Origin: Tubulanus polymorphus
Lineage: Eukaryota; Animalia; Nemertea
Direction: 5' to 3'
DNA: 64,000 nt
Assembly (NCBI RefSeq): GCF_964204645.1
Contig: NC_134028.1
Location: 8,618,001-8,682,000, forward strand
The translations under genes and the position numbers were made by a program. Positions 50,734 through 61,833 of the stretch are shown here, one piece after another. Below the pieces are notes generated by a model that ran no database searches, was not told the origin of the DNA, and saw only the letters and a list, made by a program, of their open reading frames with translations. Positions within the stretch are counted from its first letter, which is position 1. The number at the start of each line of letters is the position of its first letter.

Positions 50734-50806
50734 CGCCCGGTATGGGACTCGAACCCAGGACCCTCAGGTTAAAAGCCTGATGCTCTACCGACTGAGCTAA
50801 CCGGGC
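50734..50806 (-). tRNA. trnK-TTT: tRNA-Lys(TTT)
   Basis: Reverse complement GCCCGGTTAGCTCAGTCGGTAGAGCATCAGGCTTTTAACCTGAGGGTCCTGGGTTCGAGTCCCATACCGGGCG; 73-nt cloverleaf with oligo-T downstream. Confidence 0.97.
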
Positions 50807-51019
50807 TCGACGGAAATCGTCAATTTTATAAATATAATCAATTTTCTGCTCAAGCTGGCGCGCTTTAAACACTAACGAATGAATGAATATTTTCTTCCTA
50901 AACTCAGGGACACGAGAAAAATTTCTTTTTTTTCGAATAAACTGTATCTTGAAAGTGATAACTGATTATATTGCCTACTTAGGATGAAAATTACGAATAC
51001 CGTAAATATTTATTACGCA

Positions 51020-51065
51020 CAAATCGATGACGTCAAAACCACTGACTTCCATTTCCGGGTTCTGA
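51020..51065 (+). promoter_or_regulatory. Putative SGSM3 promoter elements (CRE and ETS-like motifs)
   Basis: TGACGTCA at 51028-51035 and ATTTCCGG at 51051-51058, about 70-100 bp upstream of the proposed ATG. Confidence 0.4.
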
Positions 51066-51128
51066 TAATTCTTAATTTTCTGGGAGTTATCGCCGAATTT
51101 CTGCCATTAAACCGCGTTTTATGGCATC

Positions 51129-51195
51129 ATGGATATAGTATCATCGATGTTCAGCCGCAGGGCTTCCGAGGGATACTCGGCAAGAGGAGGAAATG
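51129..51195 (+). CDS. SGSM3: SGSM3 probable first coding exon
   Basis: MDIVSSMFSRRASEGYSARGGN, gtaaat donor in phase 1 that joins the next exon in frame; not itself recognisably conserved. Confidence 0.6.
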
Positions 51196-51446
51196 GTAAA
51201 TATTCCGTGTAAAACGGACAGAAGAGTGTTGAACTTGACTGACAGTGTCACCAGTGTTTACTGTTTACGTCGACCCTGCTTCGACTCGTTCAACAACAGT
51301 CACTAGCTCAATCTGAACATAGACATTAGACTTAGGCCGGTCATGATTGCCATTGGGTTCTACAGACTCTGGAATACCCTTCTATGGCGCACATGGGCTT
51401 GTCACATAAAGTTAGGGGTCCAAACTGGGACTGATATTCAGCATTT

Positions 51447-52058
51447 ATGCACTTTTCAATGGAAGTTCCCGTCTTAAGGGGGGCCAGGAAACGAAAATTA
51501 GCGATCCATAGCAAAAGGTGATCCAGCAAAAAAGGAGTGGATCGCATACCGGTAACAGCGCAGCTTTAGCGACTAGTCCTTGCGTACGGACCCGATCCAC
51601 AGTGTCGAATAGCGCCGACGTCCTCACCCGCAACGTCGATGCACAGCGCTAGCTAGCACCATCTTCAACAACGAACTTTTTATTTCCATAAATTCATATT
51701 TTTTTACTGTTTTTTTAGAGCTCAATTAGATCACTTTTTTCAAACATTGGTTTGTAATATTTTGCTTATGATATCGTTTAGAGAAATCGAATTTCAGATT
51801 TCTCACGATTCTCAAACTGCAGATATCTGGTGTTAATTCCCCGTATCCCACGGCGATCTGTGCGCACAATTCCCCGCATACTTAAGCGATCCATAGCGCA
51901 GGAATCCCAGTGTGTGTAGGCGATCCATAGCGCTACAGCAGCGATAAAAATAACGTTACCAGTAGCGGGGAAAAAGTCCCGATTGAGAGATCCTAGCACC
52001 GGCGCTAATTTTCGTTTCCCGGCCCCCCTAGGACGGGGACTTTCATTTACTGGCGCAT
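51447..52058. mobile_element. MITE with about 55-bp TIRs in SGSM3 intron 1
   Basis: aatggaagttcccgtcttaaggggggccaggaaacgaaaattagcg (51458-51503) is inverted relative to cgctaattttcgtttcccggcccccctaggacggggactttcatt (52003-52047); internal gcgatccatagc repeats. Confidence 0.75.
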
Positions 52059-52480
52059 TATGTGTCATCACATTCGGCAAAAAAGCCTACGGCTACACCT
52101 GTCCCAAATCCTAGCCTGCTACTATTACCTACTTACAGATTACACATTACAGACTGGTAGGATAGGTACCACTTACAAAAGAAGAAACCCTGCTTGAATC
52201 AATAGCCCTTGTTAATATTTGATATTTCAGCATCCCTGTCCTGGGCATGTTGTTTGTCAAATCCCATCAGCCGGGACGATTGGAAACAATTTTAATGAAT
52301 ATTTAGGCCTAGTGCAAATTGGTCGATAATGGGTTAAGAAATTATGATTGATCGAAATGAGAATGAATGTAGATTCTCAAAATCTTAGTTCCCTTTTCTC
52401 GTAGGTGGTACTTAGAATACTGTTGTAAATCTACCGATTTTGGACCCAGAGTTTCACGTCACGAGCCCCTGTGGTTTTTA

Positions 52481-52655
52481 TACAATGGAACCTCGTTACA
52501 ACGAACTTCACGAGACCAGAAAATATGTGCGTTATAACCGATAGTTCGTTATATCCAGTATGAAAATAATCAAATTGTCATACCTGGGATGAAATTCTAT
52601 ATTTGTTGTATCCGATGAATCATTGTATCCAAGTTTGTTATGAGGTTGCACTGTA
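52481..52655. mobile_element. Tc1/mariner-pogo-type MITE (similar elements at about 5146-5310 and 7697-7853)
   Basis: TA-flanked termini tacaatggaacctc ... gaggttgcactgta. Confidence 0.55.
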
Positions 52656-52768
52656 GTTGCTTCTCGAATGATATGTACGAAATGGGAAATGGGATCTACT
52701 CTGAATTATGATAGGCCTTTTATGTTGTCCCGCGAATGAATGTTTTTATTTTCGATTTCCTTTTTTAG

Positions 52769-52944
52769 TTGATACTTTATCGGAGGATGAAGAAGACATT
52801 ATTATGAGCACCGGAGAAAGTATCAACGCGTCGGCAACTTTGACGTCGACCGAAAGCGATTTCATACCGACTCCTGGCGGCCCGTTTTCGGCTTTGACTC
52901 CGTCGATGTGGCCCCAAGATATTCTTGAAAAGCTAAGTCATCAG
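52769..52944 (+). CDS. SGSM3: SGSM3 (RUN/TBC/SH3 RabGAP) exon
   Basis: Contains [21 protein letters not shown], the SGSM3 N-terminal signature; ttttag acceptor, gtgaga donor. Confidence 0.92.
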
Positions 52945-53663
52945 GTGAGAGAAGTTAAAAACTGATTAAATTCGATTGATGTTTTCTTCGTTGGCAGGGA
53001 TTCGAACCTGATGACAACGCAAGACTCTTCTACGGTACGATCCCTGCCTATATTTTCCACCATGCAATTAGAAATTGTGTTATTTTATCTGTATCTATCC
53101 ATGAATTTATTTTAGTGATTATACAAATTTGAAAATTTGATTGGCTTTGCAGGCTTTTCAGCACATGGTCTTAAAAACTGGCTTGGGTGTTATTTCCGGG
53201 TTGTTGATAATCTTGCAAAAATGGCGCTGAATATAAACTGCAAATAAATTCAAAATGTCACAGAAATATCTTGTGTTGATATTGTTTGTTTAGCAGCTAT
53301 AAAGTCCTGATAAACAATTGGCCATTAAGAGGATCAGTATCAGGCGTCGCGATACCTTACTATAAAGAAATAAAAGAATGGATGAAACAGCTTTTGAATT
53401 TATTTGCAGTTCAAATTTAGCGCCATTCTCGTGAGATTAGCATTCAACAACGCGGAAATAAAATCCAAGAGTTTACAAACCCCTATGTTTTCAGACAGGT
53501 TTCCGTGCCATGGCAGAGTCTAGCTATGCCATCATGCATCAAGTTTGAATCCTTGCCAAGCGTGGATGGTCTTGGGAGTGCTATGGGGCCCTTAAATAAC
53601 TGTCGAATACTTGATGTTCCCAGGGACTGTTGCTAAATTTTCCGTTATTTCATTGTTTTGTAG

Positions 53664-53730
53664 CCAGAAGATCACAATGGCCAGCTCGATTACAGATATG
53701 ACGAATTTGGATTCAAAGTCGAAGAAGAAG
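53664..53730 (+). CDS. SGSM3: SGSM3 exon
   Basis: PEDHNGQLDYRYDEFGFKVEEE (YDEFGF motif preceding the TBC domain); phases 0/1 consistent. Confidence 0.9.
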
Positions 53731-56700
53731 GTGTTTATTTCATTTGTTCGATTCCAATTTTCTGTCAGTTTAAGTTTGCCATTGGATACATGTTTGAATT
53801 AGCAAATTTCGCTCATCTCAAAGCCATCGGGTTTGACTGATGGAAAATCATATCAAATATGATTTGAAATATTATCTTGTTGTATATTTTGAAGATGCCC
53901 CGGAATGTGAACTTTACTGTAAGTGACTTTAAAGATAATAAGAAGCACCGCAAATTATCGATTCGAAGGAATTTTGTAGAACCCTTTTCACAGTCATTTA
54001 TCAAATTCGGGCTAAAAGACAAAACTAATACAAGGTCTTTTGGTTCTATTTTTTGAGGCCAATGATTTAGAGCAATTCAGACATGATTGAGATTGTTGAT
54101 TTTGAAATTGATTACAAATCAAAGCAACAGATTTTCGGTTGCATTTAGCTCAAAAGATTTCGAATACCGGATTGCCTATTTTGAAGTTTTGTCTTTGATT
54201 TAGGGTGCAATTTTATTTAGGTCGTTTGTTAGATTTGTATGTAAAAACCCTATGGTTTCGGGATTTGATGGAAGAACTGTTTTTGGGGTTTGATTTTAAC
54301 TCCGCTAATTTTTAGTTCGAGCTGACTATTGCGTTTACTTTTCGTCCGTTGTCCATCCATCCACAGACGGAATCCAGTTATTCTCGAAATTTCTTGAGAC
54401 GTTATTTCAATGGGATTGTCTTGATATTTGGTTTATACGGGTATCTACCCTAGATAAATCTACAGCCCCAAAAAACTGGTGCGGTCAGAATCATGATGGC
54501 TGATTTTTACACACTTGCACTTTTTAATGGAAATTTGAAGACATATTTATCAATTTGTTTTGATGTTTTTTTATACGTATGTATAGGGTTTTATACGTAT
54601 GTACAGGAAAAATTGGGTCAGTGGGAAATGCCTAGGCTACTACAATGCTGTCCTGTGACCTCTTTGTGCCCATAATGTTCAGTTAATGTTTGGCCTGAAT
54701 TTTGAGACCATCAGGCAGGTTTTTCGATCAGTCAAGTTTTAAGCAACTAGGTAGCGGCCATCCTAGTCACATCAGTCCTCGTGGCAAGTTTTTCCAATTT
54801 AAATTTTAATATGTTTCAAATCAAAGTCTCGATGGCTGTTTTATAATTTTCAGCACTGTCTTAGGACATCCTCACATGGAATGGGGATCACCTCGGTTTT
54901 TGTTGTCCTTCAGGGGAGTTGAATATTATTATGTTCACCAGGGGGTTTTGAAGATGTTAATCAGGAATTGTCGGATTTTCAAGCATTTTACTATGTTGGC
55001 ATGGTGTGCCTGGACCCATAGTTTTTAGCATAGGCTAATACATTATTACAGTTTTATAAGCGTCTAATGCTAATAGGTTCTTGAGATTATTGTATTCTCC
55101 ATAATTCATACTTATACATACATTTATTCATTTTTAAAAGGCTTCAGGTCAATGAGGACCCAGCATTCCCACTTTCCCATTAGATTTCAGACATTATCAG
55201 TGATTAATCAAAATCGGTTCAGCTTTGAATTAACTTTGATCTTGATATTTAGCCTCGAAATCATCCAGAAATTCTGCACAAGCAAATCATGTCTCTAGAG
55301 AAACTTACGTTGATCTCTAAGATCCAAATAATGCACAATCGGTCATTTGTTAAAGAGAGAATATTAAATTATTAGAATATAGGCCTATATAATAAAGAGA
55401 ACATCATCAATAGATTTTGATGGAATGCGAGAAAAAATCCAGCATTGATGTCCAAGTGTACACTAACAAACCTAGCAGTTTGATCGTTTGCCATAGTAAC
55501 ATTGCCGGGTCCTCATTTGATGGTGTCATGAGCTTTTTTTAGTTGGTTAAGTAGCCCTGGTGAGGTCCCATAGAGCTTCGTAGGAGGTGATAGAAAATTG
55601 CCTGCATATCCTCTTACAATATCAAGAGGTCATATCATTACAGATAAATTTATCTAGGTATGTCAAATGAATGAGCATTTTTAGGATCAACTGTGTCAAT
55701 CCTTATAGAATGGTCCTGAGAGTGACTTTCTGTTAGCTCTTGGTCGTGCAAATTGTAACCACTGGATATACATGGCTGATATTTTGTCATCAGGAGGGAT
55801 ATATGGGTTGAAATTAATATTGAAATAATATTGAGCCTATAGAAATAATTATTGTAGAAATTAACATTTCGTCCATCAGCTCTTAGCAGTTGCTGTTTGG
55901 AAGTACTGGGAGAAAATGTGCAAAACGTCAATGAATTTTCTCCCGTTCTACTTACATTGACCTTGTTTCTTGGTTATGACGTCACTGGGAAATTCCTTCA
56001 GCGTCCAATGAAGTGCAACGTATAGAACAAACCTAGTATTGATTGTACTGCCATGTGCTCGCGAGTCTTGGGGAAAACCTATTAGGCCTACCAGCTATAT
56101 CACCGTAGTTGAACACGCTTACTACACAGTGATGTTGTGCACCATTTCATCTTTATATGTTAGTGCGAATCCCAGAACATATCGATTAAATTGTGCTCAA
56201 AAATAAAATGTGCTCAGTTGATCCTACTGGACCAATGGTCCGTCATTACTACATGTTACACGTACCACGTTAATGAAAAATTGATGAAACTTGAAGCTAA
56301 GAAAATGCTGCTCGGCCTCTTAAACTTAAAAACTTTCCTGTTTAGATAAATCTTCTCCATTATCCCTCGGCAGGGATTGAAACCCGATGGCATCGAGAGC
56401 GTACCCAACCCTGTCCGAAACGAAAAATCGGATGTTATGTCTCATTTAGCCTTTGTTATTTCATGAACTCAGTATTAATTTGCTGAAGTGATAACTGTAT
56501 ACAAGCAGCAAGCTCAATTTCTAGCTTAATTCTTGCTGGGTTTCATACTGTGGCACACCAGCAATACCATATCTATCTTGCTTGAACCACTGCATGGGAG
56601 GCTTTGATAACGTCAGCCGAGCTAGGTCTTTGTAATTGTTTGCAATCTATTTAGTTTCATCAATCGAAATAGACCATGGCATCAGTTTATCATGAATTCA

Positions 56701-56941
56701 GGGTCAGATCCTGGGGCTAATTTGAAGAACTTGTCGCATCCAAAAAATACTTTGATATCCAAGAAGGCAATGTTAGGCGCATATTCCCGCACCAAAATTC
56801 ACCAATTTTGTTTTTGTCGCAAAAAATGAAAAGATCCACTCAAAAGATTTGATGGACTTGTACTCTGCCCCTGATTAATTTGAATATCAACTGATTCACG
56901 GATTGAATGTTGAGTCCGTTTAAAAAAAAAATATTTTATAG

Positions 56942-57072
56942 ATGGACCGGAAGAGAATTCGAGTAAACTGTTGAGCACGCCGTTCGTAGAGGAGCCACAA
57001 CATCGACTGAAATGGACCGCTTATTTAGAGTTTACTCACAACGACGAGGTCGGAGATCTTACCTGGGATAAG
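56942..57072 (+). CDS. SGSM3: SGSM3 exon
   Basis: [44 protein letters not shown]; ag/gt boundaries in phase. Confidence 0.92.
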
Positions 57073-57778
57073 GTACGGAACATGAAATTTCCTCATTCGG
57101 ATTAAATTCTAGCCAACTATATCTTCAGTGACCACGAAACCAAAATTCTGGACGCAACAACCCCATTGATTAATTGATATTTGAGCATCAATATTCCGAT
57201 TCGTTGAAGATTTCCAGTTTCATAGTTCTCGGCTAATATTTCACTTAAGATTTTAGTTGCTTTGCTCCATAAGACACTAGGAACTGATTTTAGGAGTTAC
57301 GCAACTTTTAACTCCGAACTATCGACATGGATCGTAGTGTTTATATACAGAGTTTAATAAAATAAATAGAAACATTGATTGACAAGTAGAAAAGATGAAG
57401 AAAATTAATAAAATAGAGATAAAGCTAAAAAATGATACCTTGTTTTTCCTCATTGGCGGGGTCATTTTGTAAACCGTAATGAAATTTGTTATCAGTTCAT
57501 TTCTTAAGCTGCTGGGTCTGTTAATGTTAGTAAGATCATGATTTGAAAACAAGTTATGTACAGGGTAGATAGGCGGGTGGCCAGGTCATCTTTTAAGCTC
57601 AGCCAAAAAGGAGAAACAAGGTATCAATCTTTTATTAGCCTAACTAGACGATGTAGTGACACTATTTCATCAACGTGTTGGTTCCTCAATCCTGGCATTC
57701 GAGAGATTAATTTTCTTCGTACACATCTCTCATATGACTTTCTGAAATAAAGCTAAGTTCTTGGTTATTTATGAATAG

Positions 57779-57976
57779 ATCGAAAATCGTTTGCCGAGGT
57801 CTGAAAAATTACGCGCGATGATTAAAGCTGGCGGCGTCCCGCATTCGTTGCGACCTCATCTGTGGCCGCGGTTATGCGGGGCTCTGGAGAAAAAGGAAAA
57901 TTCCAGCACGTCGTATAAGGACATCGTGAAAGCCAGTTCGAACGATCATCTGATGACGTCTAAACAGATTGAAAAG
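57779..57976 (+). CDS. SGSM3: SGSM3 exon, TBC domain start
   Basis: IENRLPRSEKLRAMIKAGGVPHSLRPHLWPRLCGA...SKQIEK (TBC motif GxPxxxRxxxW). Confidence 0.93.
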
Positions 57977-58405
57977 GTATATATTTCACCGTTTATTCTA
58001 TATAAGCACACAAAAAGTGATTTCCTAGTTCACTGATTACTTCCTAGGGGGTGGCATATCCTGAAAAATAGTGTCTAACTACCATTTCTTTCTCATAGTT
58101 CACTGATTACTAACTAGGGGTGGCATTTAAGCCTGTAGGAATACGTACTTCAGGTCTTTTCATAATTCTGATAGTCACTAGGTGGTTATGCAGTAAAATG
58201 TCCCCTTACACGGCCAACATGGACTTTTGACTAATTGCATCATTTTTCTGACTCTTAACGTGTTTTCCTATCCTTAACTTAACAGACTTGGCTTACATCT
58301 GACCAATTTTGCTGGTCCCAGTTTGTCCAAGTTAGGCGAGGTATTCTGTATAATCGTTGATAATTTTTTTTGTTGAAATAATCAAGGGTTATTGTTGTAT
58401 TGCAG

Positions 58406-58540
58406 GATTTATTGAGAACGATGCCTAGCAACGCTTGTTTCTGTAATATAAACAGTACTGGTATCCCGAGGTTACGTCGCGTACTGAGATCATTGGCTTG
58501 GTTGTATCCCGATATAGGGTACTGTCAGGGTACTGGTATG
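58406..58540 (+). CDS. SGSM3: SGSM3 exon, TBC catalytic motifs
   Basis: [12 protein letters not shown]...[24 protein letters not shown] completes the IxxDxxR Arg finger and contains the YxQ Gln finger. Confidence 0.95.
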
Positions 58541-59188
58541 GTACGTATTTATTTTTCTTGTTTTGTAGCTTTATAGTTTGCCTTGTATCAACAACACTGG
58601 CGCTGATTAACTAGAATTCCTTCAATCCTTATCGTTTTATACTTGGATTATCTTCCATGGAATAACATCTGTAATCCAGCAATTGTACCAATCAGAATGA
58701 AGATTACTGTCTAGCAGCCATCATTTGATAGACTATAGTGGTAGTTAGTCCCTTTCAGAAAAGAAAACCTGTTTCCTTGAATTCCTCTATAACATCAATC
58801 GATACGTAGTATGATTAAACTATGGATAGATGCCACAAATTTGTAACTATAATGATGTTGTATTGGGTGTTTATAGGAATAATTACGCAGTAATACAAAG
58901 TTAGTAGATCTGTAGAAGAGTTTGTTATTGCCAATACCTGGTAGTTTCGTCAAATACGTTGTATGTTATTTTTTTTGAGATTAGGTTCAAATATTTTAGT
59001 AAATGATTCTATGTCACCCGTCCATCATCCTGGTGCTGATGCTGCTGCGGGAAATTGTCATAACGTTCGGGGTTTCTATTTCCGAAAGGGGAAAGAGGCT
59101 AAAAAAGACCAAGAAACTGCCACCAACAGGATCTGCATTCGAGTTCATGCTCTGGTAGTTAGCGTTTCTTGTTTATCTATCTATTCAG

Positions 59189-59305
59189 ATAGCGGCCTCG
59201 TTATTGTTGTTCATGGAAGAAGAGGAAGCGTTTTGGATGATGTGTTCGATTATTGAAGATTTACTTCCCGCTTCATATTATTCCAGCACTCTCATCGGTG
59301 TTCAA
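59189..59305 (+). CDS. SGSM3: SGSM3 exon, TBC domain
   Basis: [39 protein letters not shown]; ttcag/gtaagt boundaries. Confidence 0.93.
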
Positions 59306-59838
59306 GTAAGTAATTCACAAACGGCGCCTTTTTCGGTAGCTTCGTAGAGAACTAGGTAAATCGAAAGGTCCCAAAATATAAATATTTAGAATATTAAATC
59401 TTTTTAACTGATATCTGGAATGGGTCTACTTTGTGATACCCGTAACGCTCTAATGCGGTACCATTATGCCACAAGATGGCGCCTCTACACTATGGTACTG
59501 TACACTAGCAAACGCGGTGGATCCTGGCGTTAGCGATGAATGAAGAAGTCCCAAAATGGAATTTTAAACATTAAAATTTATTGAAATGAAACCACTAGGG
59601 CCTACTTACATTGCTGATACTCCATTTAGGCTCCACTGAGTTGTGGGTTCAGATTTGACGACCTTGAAATTCTATATTGAAATTTTATTCCATGTATGCC
59701 AATACAGCATACGTATAAGGTCTTAGCAATCTCCAAGACTCATATTCGAGGAACAGTTTAATGTTATACATGCAATTTGAAGTGTGGTATGATATTTACT
59801 ATATATATGGTAATTGAATAATTTTTTATCGATTTCAG

Positions 59839-59917
59839 GCTGATCAAAGAGTTTTACGCCAGTTGATTATCAGTTTTCTACCCGAAACTGATTTGATTTT
59901 GAAGGAAAATGACATCG
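59839..59917 (+). CDS. SGSM3: SGSM3 exon, TBC domain (gene continues beyond window)
   Basis: ADQRVLRQLIISFLPETDLILKENDI; tttcag/gtgagt boundaries; the next expected TBC exon was not found before 64000. Confidence 0.92.
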
Positions 59918-61401
59918 GTGAGTATCAGTTAAACACAAAATCTATATCTTAAGCCTGGCGCAGACAGCGCAGAATAAACATGAAACGAAAATCGGAAACG
60001 TTTTTTGGGCTTAATTCATGATGAAACTAGAAACGCTGTTCGCGACTCACAGTTTTGTGGAAACAATCTTTTGATAGCTGTGAGGGGCGATGTCCGAATA
60101 GCTAAACAATCAATCAGTGTTTTAGTGACGATAAATGGATCACATGACAGATCAAAATCATCGGCCATTTTGATATGTTGTGGCACTGTTGGTTTTGGCA
60201 TGTTTCTACTTTCGCTCTGTGAGGCGAACTAAACACCAGTAAACACATAAACACTTGATGTGTTTCTTGTTTCGAGGTTTTCTTGCTGTGTGTGCTAGGC
60301 TCAAATAGGTTTTGTTTCTTGTATGTGTATGTGAGAACGATTTTCAGGTGACTTCCTGTTTTTAGTTTCCTACGATACCTTCATTATTGTGTCATTTTTG
60401 TATCATTTTGTATGGGAACATACATTTTTTTGATCATAAAAATAGGGATTCAGCCTATTAATTATTTGATTGGTAGATTTCTTTTGATTTGTTTTGATTT
60501 GGTATTCCTTACAAACCCACACATCTGTCCGGAGCAAAAAAGGGGGTTTGAAATGGGAAATCGAAGTACAGATATAGTTACAGTACAGATATAGTACCGA
60601 TATAGTGTGATCGGCGGTCGAATTTGCAGAATTTTTTTTTTTTTCAACCGGAGTACGAAGTAATTGGAATTTTCTGTTCTGGCTCTCTCATACAATAATT
60701 CTCCTTGCAGCCTAAACCGGCAAGAATGCTACTTTTTGATGAAAATAGATTTCATATTTATATTTGTAAAGGCAAAAGAATCGACATTTTTTACCAGGTA
60801 TGTGAATATGATAACAGGTTTATCATCAGAACTGGTAATCGGTGTCTTATGAGTGACCACTTGGTGGCGCTGTTTTTGCTGCGTTTCTCAGTCTCGGCTG
60901 CTTTGATGATGAATAACAATATCCGATCGGAATGCGGACTAAGAATACGTACATAAATGAGGAAATATGTATAATAAATTCTATACCGAATTTAAGAATA
61001 GACCGTTTCTCTTGAATGAATGGCAACTTTGTTTTACTTGCTTGTCACTTGCATCTAGCTGGACCAGTGATAATAGCAGATTTTAAGGTATGGGCCAAGG
61101 GAGTGGAAGGTACTAGGGGGGACTTGGTGAATATCCACATCCACCGAGTTCAAAGGCTGACTACGGGTGGACTTGTCGACCTCGATAAGTCGACTAGCGT
61201 TAAGAGTAGTTTATTATGTTCCAAAAATTACTCTTACTTAACTACCCTTCAGAAATGTAAAAAGTACTGACAAAATTGGATTCATTTCTAGGTCATTTTC
61301 AACAGAACTACCGGTACTACTTTTGATATCAAGCTACTCCCACTTGTATTGAAAACTAGTCGTGGTTATGACTTATGGCATCAGTTAAGGATGCCTATCA
61401 T

Positions 61402-61833
61402 CAGGAGTGGATCTATGGACCACTGTTAAGGGTAGCACAACTTATAAAAATGGGCATGATCTATGCCAAACGAGGGAGGTCTGAGAAAGTTTTTAAAATA
61501 TGCCGCTTTTTGGTGCAATTTCCAAGCTTTTGAATGAAGTCCTGACGCAAAGCTCTTTCTAGAAAATGTACTGCATTGAGATGTAGTTTCCAGGCGACGA
61601 ATATGAAATCCTGAAGAAGTTGAAAATTATCTGCCTTGTCTTGTAAAAATGTGGCTGAATATGCCCTTTTGTTAATAATTGTCTGCCTCGTCTTTTGAAA
61701 ATGTGCCCTTCTCTACTTTTGGGATTGATAGGTACGACTTAAAAGTGCCCTTTTTACTAAGGGGATGAAAAAAGAAGAAAAAAGGGCACACAAGTTTCAC
61801 AACAAAGTTTCATGCCTTCTGAATCCGTGCCTG
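61402..61833. mobile_element. CAGG...CCTG MITE with 5-bp TSD (hAT5-like)
   Basis: Termini caggagtggatc ... gaatccgtgcctg flanked by atcat (61397-61401 and 61834-61838); internal tgccct repeats. Confidence 0.7.
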
